Shown here: piece after piece, positions 43,070-52,284 of the stretch
How positions within the stretch are numbered: the first letter of the stretch is position 1
How the letters are laid out: each line of letters opens with the position of its first letter
NCBI GenBank assembly: GCA_031408395.1
Contig: JANNWO010000074.1
Coordinates: 234-64,233 of the forward strand
DNA length: 64,000 nucleotides
Direction of reading: 5' to 3'
Source of the DNA: Sphingomonadales bacterium
Lineage (GTDB): Bacteria > Pseudomonadota > Alphaproteobacteria > Sphingomonadales > Sphingomonadaceae
Made by a program: the position numbers and the translations under genes
The notes under the pieces: generated by a model
What the model was told of the DNA's origin: nothing
Databases searched by the model: none
Seen by the model: only the letters and a program-made list of their open reading frames with translations

Positions 43070-43452
43070 GCGGTTCGGCAGGTGGTGGTCCGGTTTTCGA
43101 AGCGCTCGCCGGCGATCCGGTGCTGGCGGAGCATTACGCCAATTTCCGCGCCAAGGCCGAAGGCGCGCTCGATGCGCGGCTGGTGGCGCTGGTCAGGCAG
43201 GCGATCGCGCAGGTGCACGGCATCGACGCCGTGGCCGTAGGTGACAGCACGCTCGACGAGCGCACGCGCCTTGCCGTCGCCTATGCCCGGCGCATCCCCT
43301 TCGAGCACACTGCGATTACCGATCCCGAGGCCGCGGCGCTCGTCGCGCACCTTGGCGAGCCGCGCTTCGTCGCCTTCTCGGTGGTCGCCGCGCTGGCGGA
43401 CGCCGAATGCCGCGCCGCGCTGGTCGATCTGCCGGGGCTGGCAGCGGCCTGA
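43066..43452 (+). CDS. CMD/AhpD-like family protein (no CxxC)
   Basis: 128 aa. ATGA overlap with the preceding paralog. Helical AhpD-like sequence. Confidence 0.55.
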   Translation: MSGSAGGGPVFEALAGDPVLAEHYANFRAKAEGALDARLVALVRQAIAQVHGIDAVAVGDSTLDERTRLAVAYARRIPFEHTAITDPEAAALVAHLGEPRFVAFSVVAALADAECRAALVDLPGLAAA

Positions 43453-43518
43453 TCGCTTGTAGCGGAAGCGCCTTTGCGTCAGACGGGCAGGAGACACGTC
43501 CCCCGAACGGAGGCCCCC

Positions 43519-44283
43519 ATGCGCATCCTTGCAACCGCGCTTCTTGCCGCGAGCACCCTCGCGCTCACCGCCTGCGCCGGAGGGGGCGGGCCGCCGCGCC
43601 TCCCCGCCAAGGTGATCGACCGTGCGCTCGCCCGAGCGCCCGGAGCCGCGCAGCCGAGCACCATCGTCGCCGCCGAACTCGCCTTTTCGCGTGCCGCGCG
43701 TGAGCGTGGGCAGTGGACGGCGTTTCGCGAATTCGCCGCGCCCGGCGCGCTGCTCCACGGAGCGAACGGACCTTTCGCGATTGCGCCGTGGCTCGCGACC
43801 CAGACCGATCCGCCCGCCGCCGTCCAATGGTCGCCGCGCGTCGTGGTGATAAGCTGCGACGGCGCGCTCGCGGTGAGCAAGGGCCGGTTCCGCGATCCGG
43901 ATGGCAAAGTCGGCAACTTCGTCACCGTCTGGGAGCGGCAGGGGAACGGCGATTATCGCTACGTCTTCGATGCCGGCGGCGACGATGTGCCGCAGCCGCC
44001 GCCCAAACAGCGGCAAGAGGAGGGCGACATCATCGTCACTGCGCTCGATCTGGTGCAGGGCCTGATCGCCAGCTGCCCGCGCGGCGGCGCGCCGATCCCG
44101 CCGCCTCCCGCGCTGGCAGTGGGCGCCGAGGGCAAGGAGGGCGCAACCCTCTCGCGCGATGGCACCTTGCGCTGGCGCTGGACGCACAAACCGGACGGCA
44201 CACGCATGATCGCGGCGGATTATTTCTACGAAGGCCGCTGGGTCACCGCCGTCGAACAAAACCTTGCCCCGGCCATCAATTGA
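43519..44283 (+). CDS. Lipoprotein with a DUF4440/NTF2-like N-terminal region
   Basis: ATG at 43519. Signal peptide plus lipobox LALTAC. AAELAFSRAARERG.W.AF pattern. Confidence 0.6.
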   Translation: MRILATALLAASTLALTACAGGGGPPRLPAKVIDRALARAPGAAQPSTIVAAELAFSRAARERGQWTAFREFAAPGALLHGANGPFAIAPWLATQTDPPAAVQWSPRVVVISCDGALAVSKGRFRDPDGKVGNFVTVWERQGNGDYRYVFDAGGDDVPQPPPKQRQEEGDIIVTALDLVQGLIASCPRGGAPIPPPPALAVGAEGKEGATLSRDGTLRWRWTHKPDGTRMIAADYFYEGRWVTAVEQNLAPAIN

Positions 44284-44301
44284 TGTGAGGGGCCGACCAA
44301 G

Positions 44302-44931
44302 ATGGTCCTGACCGAACTCTTCCTTTCCGCCTTCGTCACGCTGTTCGTAGTGATCGACCCGCCGGGGTGCGCGCCGATCTATGCCGGGCTGACGAAGGGC
44401 GCCACGCGCCAGCAGGCGCGCAGCATGGCCCTGCGCGCAACGATGATCGCAGGCGCGATCCTGCTGGTCTTTGCGCTGTTCGGGCAGGAACTCCTCGGCG
44501 CCCTGCATATCGAACTCAACTCGTTCCGCATTGCAGGCGGGCTGATGCTGTTCTTCATTGCCTTCGACATGGTCTTCGAGAAGCGCACCCAGCGCCGCGA
44601 GGAGCGCGCCGAGAAGGTCGCCGCCACACCTGAGATAGAAGACGTCTCGGTCTTCCCGATGGCTATGCCGATGCTGGCCGGGCCCGGCGCGATCGCGGCG
44701 GTGATGCTGCTGATGAACGAGGCCAATGGCTGGGCCGAGATGAGCCAGGTGCTCGCCGCGCTCATCGCAGTGCTGGCGATCACCGCTGCTTCGCTGGTCG
44801 CGGCAGGCCCGCTGATCCGGCTGCTGGGCGACAAGGTCGAAGCGGTCATCACCCGGCTGCTGGGTGTGCTACTGGCCGCGCTTGCGGCGCAATATGTGAT
44901 CGACGGGCTGAAGGGCAGCTTTGGTATCTAG
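44302..44931 (+). CDS. MarC family (UPF0056) integral membrane protein
   Basis: N-terminus FVTLFVVIDPPG. Six hydrophobic segments. 209 aa. Confidence 0.75.
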   Translation: MVLTELFLSAFVTLFVVIDPPGCAPIYAGLTKGATRQQARSMALRATMIAGAILLVFALFGQELLGALHIELNSFRIAGGLMLFFIAFDMVFEKRTQRREERAEKVAATPEIEDVSVFPMAMPMLAGPGAIAAVMLLMNEANGWAEMSQVLAALIAVLAITAASLVAAGPLIRLLGDKVEAVITRLLGVLLAALAAQYVIDGLKGSFGI

Positions 44932-44995
44932 CCAGGCTCTAGATTGCCGCGCCGCGTCGCACTAAGACCGCCCGGACACACAGACAGGAATATCG

Positions 44996-46048
44996 ATGTT
45001 CAAGCATTTCGGCGGATCGCTGCTTTTCACTCTGGCCGGGCTCCTTGTCGGCGGCTGGTACGGCTGGGAGCTGACCGGCACCCTCAACGGCGTGCTCGGG
45101 ATCGTGTGGATCTGCGCCGTGCTCGCGGTGCTCGAGGTTTCGCTGTCGTTCGACAATGCTGCGGTCAACGCATCCATCCTGAAGGACATGGACCCGGTCT
45201 GGCAGCACCGCTTCCTCACCTGGGGCATCGCCATCGCGGTGTTCGGGATGCGGATCGTCTTCCCGCTGCTGATCGTGATGGTCGCCGCATCCCTCGGCCC
45301 GGTCGAGGCGATGAAGCTGGCGCTCAACGAACCGGCCGAATACCAGCGCATCGTCAGCGAGGCGCATATCGGCCTGATGGGCTTTGGCGGGGCCTTCCTC
45401 GGGATGGTCGGGCTGAAGTACTTCTTCGATTGCGACAAGGAAGTGAACTGGATTGACGCGATCGAGCGTCCGCTGGCCAAGGTCGCCGATATCGAGGCGA
45501 TCGCGATCGGCGTCGTTCTGGCGGGCACATGGGCGACCTCGACGATGCTTGCGCCTGCCGATGCCCACACCTTCCTGATCGCCGCGATCGCGGGCCTGCT
45601 TACCTATCTCGCGGTCGAGATCGTCAACCACCTGCTCGAACCGCCCACGCCCAGCGTCGGCGATGTTGCCAAGGCGGGCTTTGGCGCGTTCCTGTATCTG
45701 GAAGTGCTCGATGCGAGCTTCTCGTTCGACGGGGTGATCGGGGCTTTTGCGCTGACCAACAACCTCATCGTCATCGCCATCGGCCTCGGCATCGGGGCGA
45801 TGTTCGTGCGGTCTATGACGATCTTCCTCGTCAACAAGGGCACGATGTCGGAATACCGCTATCTGGAACACGGCGCCTTCTACGCGATCATCGCGCTGGC
45901 GGTGATCATGTACCTCAATACCTTCGCGCACATTTCCGAGGTGATCACCGGGCTGATCGGCGCGGTGCTGATCGGGCTGTCCTTCTGGTCATCGGTGCGC
46001 TGGAACAAGGCGCACGCGGCCGAGAACCCCGAGGACGCGCTCGCCTGA
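44996..46048 (+). CDS. DUF475 / TerC-related integral membrane protein
   Basis: SLSFDNAAVNA and DASFSFDGVIGAFA twin motifs. 350 aa, polytopic. Confidence 0.75.
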   Translation: MFKHFGGSLLFTLAGLLVGGWYGWELTGTLNGVLGIVWICAVLAVLEVSLSFDNAAVNASILKDMDPVWQHRFLTWGIAIAVFGMRIVFPLLIVMVAASLGPVEAMKLALNEPAEYQRIVSEAHIGLMGFGGAFLGMVGLKYFFDCDKEVNWIDAIERPLAKVADIEAIAIGVVLAGTWATSTMLAPADAHTFLIAAIAGLLTYLAVEIVNHLLEPPTPSVGDVAKAGFGAFLYLEVLDASFSFDGVIGAFALTNNLIVIAIGLGIGAMFVRSMTIFLVNKGTMSEYRYLEHGAFYAIIALAVIMYLNTFAHISEVITGLIGAVLIGLSFWSSVRWNKAHAAENPEDALA

Positions 46049-46070
46049 GACTGGTTTGTAAGGCTGGTGC

Positions 46071-46358
46071 CTAGGCCCAGTCGCCCAGCAGCGGGGTGAA
46101 CTCGTCGACCCGGATCAGCTGCCACACCCCGCCGGTGAGGTAGGGATCGCCTGCAAGGATCGCGCGCGCGGCGGCCTCGTCGGCGGCCTTCACGATCAGC
46201 AATGATCCGATGATCAGGCCGTCCGCCCGCTTCAACGGGCCGACGATCACGAAATGCTCGGCATTGGCATCGATGAAGGCGAGATGCGCGGGGCGGTGAA
46301 TCGCACGCAGGCGCCCGCCGTCCTCTCCGTCGCGGCAGTGGAAGCAGAACATCCGCAT
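46071..46358 (-). CDS. YciI family protein
   Basis: 95 aa. R..HR.AHL.F.........GPL...DG...GSL and GDPY motifs. Confidence 0.75.
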   Translation of the reverse strand: MRMFCFHCRDGEDGGRLRAIHRPAHLAFIDANAEHFVIVGPLKRADGLIIGSLLIVKAADEAAARAILAGDPYLTGGVWQLIRVDEFTPLLGDWA

Positions 46359-46521
46359 GATCGTGAGGCCCCTGTTGATCCCGCGGCAAGGCTAACCGCG
46401 TGGGCCGGACCGATCAAGCCCAGGTGACCAAGGCCAACCGTTGCAAAACCCGCGCTTGAAGCGCAGCCTTGCCGCGTTCAGAGGGCCGCTTTGCCCTTCG
46501 AATCGTTTCAGGTGAAACCAG

Positions 46522-49500
46522 ATGGCCGACTTCTCTCCCACTGCTGCCCCGGTCTCTGGGATCGACCGCACCGACCTGCGCCGCGCCTATCGGCAGGAAG
46601 AGGAAGCCTGCATCGCCGAGCGCTTGGTGGAGGCCGCCCCCGCCGTGCGGGTCCACGAGGGCGCGGCGCGGCTCGCGATCGACCTTATCGAAGGCGCGCG
46701 CGGCAAAAAGGCCAGCGGGATTGACGCTTTCTTGCAGCAATATGGCCTCGACACCGAGGAAGGCATCGCGCTGATGTGCCTTGCCGAGGCGCTGCTGCGC
46801 GTGCCGGACGCCGCCACCGCCGACGCGCTGATCAAGGACAAGATCGGACAGATCGACTGGGGCGAGCACTTGGGCGAGAGCAGTTCGACCTTCGTCAACG
46901 CGGCGACTTTCTCGCTGATGATGACCGGCGAAGTGCTCGATCCGCCCGATGCGCGGCAGAAGGGTCTGGGCTCGGCGTTCAAGCGGGCGATGAACCGGCT
47001 GGGAGAACCGGTGATCCGCACGGCCACAGGTCAGGCGATGAAAATCCTGGGCGGGCAATTCGTGTTCGGCCGCACCATCGACGAAGCGCTGAAGCGCGCC
47101 GCGCCTGAACGCGCGCGGGGGATCACGCATAGCTTCGACATGCTCGGCGAGGCGGCAATGACCTTCGCCGATGCCGAGAAGTACCGGCTCAGCTACGAAG
47201 CCGCGCTGGCAAGGCTGGCGCGCGAGGCCGGGGCGGGGTTTGCAGGATCGCCGGGGATTTCGGTGAAGCTGTCCGCGCTGCATCCCAAATACACGTTCTT
47301 TAACGCCGCCGAAGCGCGCGCGGCGATGGTGCCGATGGTCAAGGCGCTGGCGGTCAAAGCGCGCGACGCCGATATTCACTTCACCATCGATGCCGAAGAG
47401 GCCGAGCGGCTGGAACTCAGCCTCGACATCATCGAGGAGTTGGTGGCCGACGACGACCTGTTCCGCCGCCCCGACGGCAGCCGCTGGGAGGGCTTCGGCC
47501 TCGCCATTCAGGCCTACCAGAAGCGCGGGGTCGCGACGTGCGACTGGGCAGGCAAGGTGGCGCGGCGGCACGGGCGCAAGCTGTTCGTGCGGCTGGTGAA
47601 GGGCGCCTATTGGGACAGCGAAGTGAAGCTTGCGCAGGTGGGCGGTTACTCCGACTATCCGGTGTTCACCCGCAAGGTGGCGACGGACGTGAGCTACCTC
47701 GCCTGCGCCGCGCGATTGTTCGAGCACGCCGACGTGATCCGGCCTGCGTTTGCCACGCACAACGCTTACACCATCGGCGCGATCAAGCGCTTGGCCGCTG
47801 GCCGTCCCTTCGAATTCCAGCGCCTCCACGGCATGGGCGAGGAGGTCTACGACGCGCTTCACGCGCTTGAGGGCAACCAGCGCACTCCAGTGCGAATCTA
47901 CGCGCCGGTCGGGGGGCACAAGGAGCTGCTCGCCTATCTGGTGCGCCGCCTGCTGGAAAACGGGGCCAACACCAGCTTCGTCAACCGCATGGGCGATGCC
48001 GACATTCCGGCCGAGGAGCTGGTCGGCGATCCGGTGGCGGAGCTGGCCGCGCTTGCCCCGCGCCGTAATCCGGCGATCCCGCTGCCCAAGAACATTTTCG
48101 GAAAGCGCACAAACAGCGCGGGGATCGACCTGTCCGATCCGCTGGTGCGCGGGCCGCTGATGGAGAGCCTGAAGGCGCTCGAAGGCGTCCAGTGGCGCGC
48201 CGAACCGACCTTCCCTGCGGCGACACCGGGCACGATCGTGAACGTCACCGCGCCGCATGACCCTTCGCAAGTCGTCGGCACCCGCCGCGATGCCACGCCT
48301 GCGGAGGTCGACGCTGCCTTTGCCCGTGCCGCCGCGATCCAGCCCGGCTGGGACGCGCTGGGCGGCGAGGCGCGCGCGCTGCTGCTCGAAGAAGCCGCCG
48401 ACCTGTTCGAGGCGAACGCGGCCGAGTTCCTCAGCCTGTGCCAGCGCGAGGCAGGCAAGACGCTGCTCGATTCTGTGCTCGAACTGCGCGAGGCGACCGA
48501 CTTCCTGCGCTACTACGCGGCCGAAGCGCGCCGGCAGTTTGCCGCGCCCACGATCCTGCCGGGACCAACGGGCGAGGAGAACAGCCTGATGCTCCACGGA
48601 CGCGGGGTCTTCGCGACGATCTCACCGTGGAACTTCCCGCTGGCGATCTTCATCGGCATGGCCTCGGCTGCGCTCGCCGCTGGCAATTCGGTGATCGCCA
48701 AGCCTGCCGAACAGACCCCGCTGATCGCCGCGCTGGCGGTCAAGCTGTGCCATCAGGCGGGCATTCCGCCCGAGGCGCTGCAATTGCTCCCCGGCGCGGG
48801 CGAGGTTGGCCAGCTAATCACCGCCGACCCGCGCCTTGCGGGCGTCGCCTTCACCGGATCGACCGAGACTGCGCGCGCGATCAACCGCGCGCTGGCGAAC
48901 CGCGACGGGCCGATCGCCACGCTGATCGCCGAGACCGGCGGGCAGAACGCGATGATTGTGGATTCCTCAGCGCTCCCCGAACAGGTGGTGCGCGACGTGC
49001 TCGGCAGCGCCTTCCAGAGCGCGGGCCAGCGCTGCTCCGCGCTGCGCGTGCTCTATGTGCAGGAGGACATTGCCGAAGGCGTGCTGGCGATGATCCGCGG
49101 CGGGTTCGCGGCGCTGACCGTCGGCGATCCGACCGATCTTGCGACTGATGTTGGCCCGGTGATCGACGAAGACGCCAAGGCCGCTCTGGAAGCCCACGTG
49201 GCCGAATGCACCGCGCGCGGGTTGCACGTGGAGCGTCTGCCCGAAACCCCCACCAAGGGGCATTTCGTGGCGCCGACGATCATCGAAATCGGCTCCATCG
49301 CCGATCTGGCGAAGGAGAACTTCGGCCCCGTCCTCCACGTCGTCCGCTTCAAGTCGGGTGAGCTGGCGCGGGTGGTCGCGGACATCAACGGTGTCGGCTA
49401 CGGCCTGACCCTGGGCCTCCACAGCCGCATCGCCGAAACGCGGCGCTTCGTGCAGGCGCACGCCAAGGTCGGCAACTTCTACGTCAACCGCAACCAGATC

Positions 49501-49662
49501 GGCGCGGTGGTGGAGAGCCAGCCGTTCGGCGGCGAGGGCCTGTCGGGCACCGGGCCGAAAGCGGGCGGCCCGCACTACCTCGCGCGCTTCGCTACCGAGC
49601 GCGTGACCACCATCGACACCACCGCAGCAGGCGGCAACGCGACCCTGCTGGCGGCTGGCTAG
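46522..49662 (+). CDS. putA: Bifunctional proline dehydrogenase / L-glutamate-gamma-semialdehyde dehydrogenase PutA (no N-terminal RHH domain)
   Basis: 1046 aa. PRODH barrel motifs (VRLVKGAYWD, FQRLHGMG) followed by ALDH motifs (ISPWNFPLAI, ETGGQNAMIVD, RCSALRVL). Confidence 0.92.
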   Translation: MADFSPTAAPVSGIDRTDLRRAYRQEEEACIAERLVEAAPAVRVHEGAARLAIDLIEGARGKKASGIDAFLQQYGLDTEEGIALMCLAEALLRVPDAATADALIKDKIGQIDWGEHLGESSSTFVNAATFSLMMTGEVLDPPDARQKGLGSAFKRAMNRLGEPVIRTATGQAMKILGGQFVFGRTIDEALKRAAPERARGITHSFDMLGEAAMTFADAEKYRLSYEAALARLAREAGAGFAGSPGISVKLSALHPKYTFFNAAEARAAMVPMVKALAVKARDADIHFTIDAEEAERLELSLDIIEELVADDDLFRRPDGSRWEGFGLAIQAYQKRGVATCDWAGKVARRHGRKLFVRLVKGAYWDSEVKLAQVGGYSDYPVFTRKVATDVSYLACAARLFEHADVIRPAFATHNAYTIGAIKRLAAGRPFEFQRLHGMGEEVYDALHALEGNQRTPVRIYAPVGGHKELLAYLVRRLLENGANTSFVNRMGDADIPAEELVGDPVAELAALAPRRNPAIPLPKNIFGKRTNSAGIDLSDPLVRGPLMESLKALEGVQWRAEPTFPAATPGTIVNVTAPHDPSQVVGTRRDATPAEVDAAFARAAAIQPGWDALGGEARALLLEEAADLFEANAAEFLSLCQREAGKTLLDSVLELREATDFLRYYAAEARRQFAAPTILPGPTGEENSLMLHGRGVFATISPWNFPLAIFIGMASAALAAGNSVIAKPAEQTPLIAALAVKLCHQAGIPPEALQLLPGAGEVGQLITADPRLAGVAFTGSTETARAINRALANRDGPIATLIAETGGQNAMIVDSSALPEQVVRDVLGSAFQSAGQRCSALRVLYVQEDIAEGVLAMIRGGFAALTVGDPTDLATDVGPVIDEDAKAALEAHVAECTARGLHVERLPETPTKGHFVAPTIIEIGSIADLAKENFGPVLHVVRFKSGELARVVADINGVGYGLTLGLHSRIAETRRFVQAHAKVGNFYVNRNQIGAVVESQPFGGEGLSGTGPKAGGPHYLARFATERVTTIDTTAAGGNATLLAAG

Positions 49663-49670
49663 GCCAAAGG

Positions 49671-50375
49671 ATGCAGCGTAGTTTCAAGGTTGCGAGCTAC
49701 AACATCCACAAGGGTGTGGGCACCGACCGCAAGCGCGATCCGGCGCGCATCCTCAAGGTGCTCGGCGAGGTGGATGCTGATGTCGTCTGCTTGCAGGAGG
49801 CGGACTTGCGCTTCGGCACCCGCGCCAGCGTGCTCCCGCGCTTCCTGATCGAGGGGCACAGCGATTACCTCCCCGTCCCGCTCGACGTGCAGCACGATTC
49901 GATGGGCTGGCACGGCAATGCGATCCTCGCACGGCGCGGCATCGCGGTGGAGAGCCACGACATCATCCACATCCCCTGCCTCGAGCCGCGCGGCGTGGTG
50001 GCGGCGACCTTGCTTGTGGCGGGCGCGAGCGTGAGCGTGTTCGGGATGCACCTCGACCTCTCCGGCCTGTGGCGCGTCCGGCAGGCCCGCGCCATCGCCG
50101 CGCTGGCCGATGCGGCGCGTGGGCAGCGGGCGACGGTGCTGATGGGCGATCTCAACGAATGGCGCGCGAATTCCGGCTGTTTTCGTGAATTCGGGAAACA
50201 CTTCAGCTTGCTCGACCCCGGCCCCAGCTTTCCGAGCCGCCGCCCGCTGGGACGGCTCGACCGGATCATGCATTGCGGCAGGCTGACGCTGACGGACTGC
50301 GGCGTGCACAGGAGCGCGCTGGCGGCGTCGGCGTCCGATCACCTGCCGGTGTGGGCTCAGTTCACGGTGGGCTAA
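49671..50375 (+). CDS. Endonuclease/exonuclease/phosphatase (EEP) family protein
   Basis: SYNIHKG, VVCLQEAD, GDLNEW and SDHLPVWA motifs. Confidence 0.8.
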   Translation: MQRSFKVASYNIHKGVGTDRKRDPARILKVLGEVDADVVCLQEADLRFGTRASVLPRFLIEGHSDYLPVPLDVQHDSMGWHGNAILARRGIAVESHDIIHIPCLEPRGVVAATLLVAGASVSVFGMHLDLSGLWRVRQARAIAALADAARGQRATVLMGDLNEWRANSGCFREFGKHFSLLDPGPSFPSRRPLGRLDRIMHCGRLTLTDCGVHRSALAASASDHLPVWAQFTVG

Positions 50376-50429
50376 TCTGCTCCGTCCGATGATTATGCAG
50401 GCTATGATTCGAGCAACACGAGGAGAGCG

Positions 50430-50825
50430 ATGATGCGTAAGTCGGCTGGTGCCATGCTGCTTGCAGGGTTCATGATCACGGCCAGCGCGCATGCCGAGCC
50501 GCCGCTCCTGCGGGTCGGGCCTGCAGCGACGCCGACACCTGCGCCCGCGCCGCCGCCGGTTCCCACCTACGGCTTCCCTGGCGCGCCGAGCGAGCGCGCC
50601 CTGCGCGCCCGTGCCAACCTCGAAGCTCTGCTGCAGGAGCGTATCTACACCAGCGACCTTTCGCCGCAGGACTTGCAGGATGTGATCGACTTCGACCGCA
50701 TGGCGCGCGGCGTCGCTCCCGATAATCGCTCGTTCCAGCAACAATGCATCGACGACGAGGTCGCCCGCAACGGTGGCCGCCCGACGCGACTTGCGTGGGA
50801 GGTGATCAAACTGAAGTGCCAATGA
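50430..50825 (+). CDS. Secreted hypothetical protein with a Pro/Ala-rich linker
   Basis: Signal peptide MMRKSAGAMLLAGFMITASAHA, then PAATPTPAPAPPPVP. Two Cys in the C-terminal half. Confidence 0.5.
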   Translation: MMRKSAGAMLLAGFMITASAHAEPPLLRVGPAATPTPAPAPPPVPTYGFPGAPSERALRARANLEALLQERIYTSDLSPQDLQDVIDFDRMARGVAPDNRSFQQQCIDDEVARNGGRPTRLAWEVIKLKCQ

Positions 50826-50882
50826 GGGGATAGAATCCGCCGCGCCCTTGCCCCAGCGGCGCGCATCGGGAATCCCTCGCAC

Positions 50883-51437
50883 ATGGCGATTCTCTCCGAC
50901 AAATGGATCCGTACCCAGGCGCTCGAACACGGCATGATCGAGCCTTTCGTCGAGGCGCAGCGCCGCGACGGGGTGATCTCCTATGGCCTCTCGTCCTACG
51001 GCTACGACGCGCGGGTCGCACCTGAGTTCAAGATCTTCACCAACGTCAATTCCTCGGTGGTCGATCCCAAGCAGTTCGATCCGAACAGTTTCGTCGACCG
51101 CGAGACCGATTGCTGCGTGATCCCGCCCAACAGCTTCGCGCTGGCCCGCACGGTCGAATATTTCCGCGTGCCGGAAGACGTGCTGGTGATCTGCTTGGGC
51201 AAGAGCACCTATGCGCGCTGCGGGATCATCGTGAACGTCACGCCGCTGGAGCCGGGCTGGGAAGGACACGTGACGCTGGAGTTCTCGAACACCACGCCGC
51301 TCCCCGCCAAGATCTACGCCAACGAGGGCGCGTGCCAGTTCCTGTTCCTGCAAGGCAACGAGCGCTGCGAAGTCAGCTACAAGGACCGCGCGGGCAAATA
51401 CATGGGCCAGCGCGGGGTGACGCTACCGAGGCTTTAG
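50883..51437 (+). CDS. dcd: dCTP deaminase
   Basis: [10 protein letters not shown]-terminus, YGYD.R, and GWEG.VTLE.SN motifs. 184 aa. Confidence 0.92.
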   Translation: MAILSDKWIRTQALEHGMIEPFVEAQRRDGVISYGLSSYGYDARVAPEFKIFTNVNSSVVDPKQFDPNSFVDRETDCCVIPPNSFALARTVEYFRVPEDVLVICLGKSTYARCGIIVNVTPLEPGWEGHVTLEFSNTTPLPAKIYANEGACQFLFLQGNERCEVSYKDRAGKYMGQRGVTLPRL

Positions 51438-51533
51438 GGCCGCGGCTCTAGCCGGTTAGCACGGCGAAACATCGCAAGCCTTTTTCAACGCACCTTTGCT
51501 ATTGTCTGGTCTTGGCCGGACGGAGGGCGCGCG

Positions 51534-52172
51534 GTGCGAAAGATTGTGTCTATCGATCCGATCGCGGTTCTGACGCACGATCTGGGCAGCGCTTCTCCGC
51601 TGCAATCCTGGCCGCCCGTCCCTGCGGACAATCTTCATCAGGGCGAGCAATTGGCGGTCCATGCCTATGGCGAGTTCGTCAGCGGGATCAGGTCGCCCCG
51701 GCATCTCTATGCGACAATGTGGCGCGATCCCGACCCGAACGCAGGGCGCGAGCGAGACAAGGCGCCAACCGGCATCCTTCTCTCAGCCAATTTCGGTATC
51801 GCACCCTATGAGCTGACAAATTCGCTCCTCGAAACAGCCGAAATGTTCAACACACTGGACCGAGCAAGCCTTGGCCTCTCATTCGTGCAGAACGGCTATG
51901 GCGATTACCAACTGGATTCGTTTACGATCGAATTATCGGACCCGGCAAAGCAGCTGCATCATTTCCGCTCTTGCTGGAAAGGGGGCGAGTTGGCGGCCGT
52001 CGACCTTGTCGTGCAGATAGATGCACCAGCGACGCGAAACGGTCCGCTGCGTTTCCACCTTCAGGGCCGATTGCCGCGACGCACCAATCATGGTGCGCCC
52101 ATCGAGGACCAATACGTTGCCTTCACCGCATCGGGCGGCGCGATGCCGATACCGGACTGGGTCAATTACTGA
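51534..52172 (+). CDS. Hypothetical protein; family not recognised; composition atypical for this window
   Basis: 212-aa ORF with a GTG start following GGACGGAGGG. Noticeably more A/T-ending codons than the flanking genes (for example gat tcg ttt acg atc gaa tta tcg). Confidence 0.5.
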   Translation: MRKIVSIDPIAVLTHDLGSASPLQSWPPVPADNLHQGEQLAVHAYGEFVSGIRSPRHLYATMWRDPDPNAGRERDKAPTGILLSANFGIAPYELTNSLLETAEMFNTLDRASLGLSFVQNGYGDYQLDSFTIELSDPAKQLHHFRSCWKGGELAAVDLVVQIDAPATRNGPLRFHLQGRLPRRTNHGAPIEDQYVAFTASGGAMPIPDWVNY

Positions 52173-52284
52173 AGTGGTCAACCGGCCCTTCATCGCCGTC
52201 ACAGTGGCGACGGGCTGAGAACCTCGTTTGCAGCACATGCAGCCTGCGCCTATAGCCCTCTGCAGCAACTGAGAGGACCTTTAC

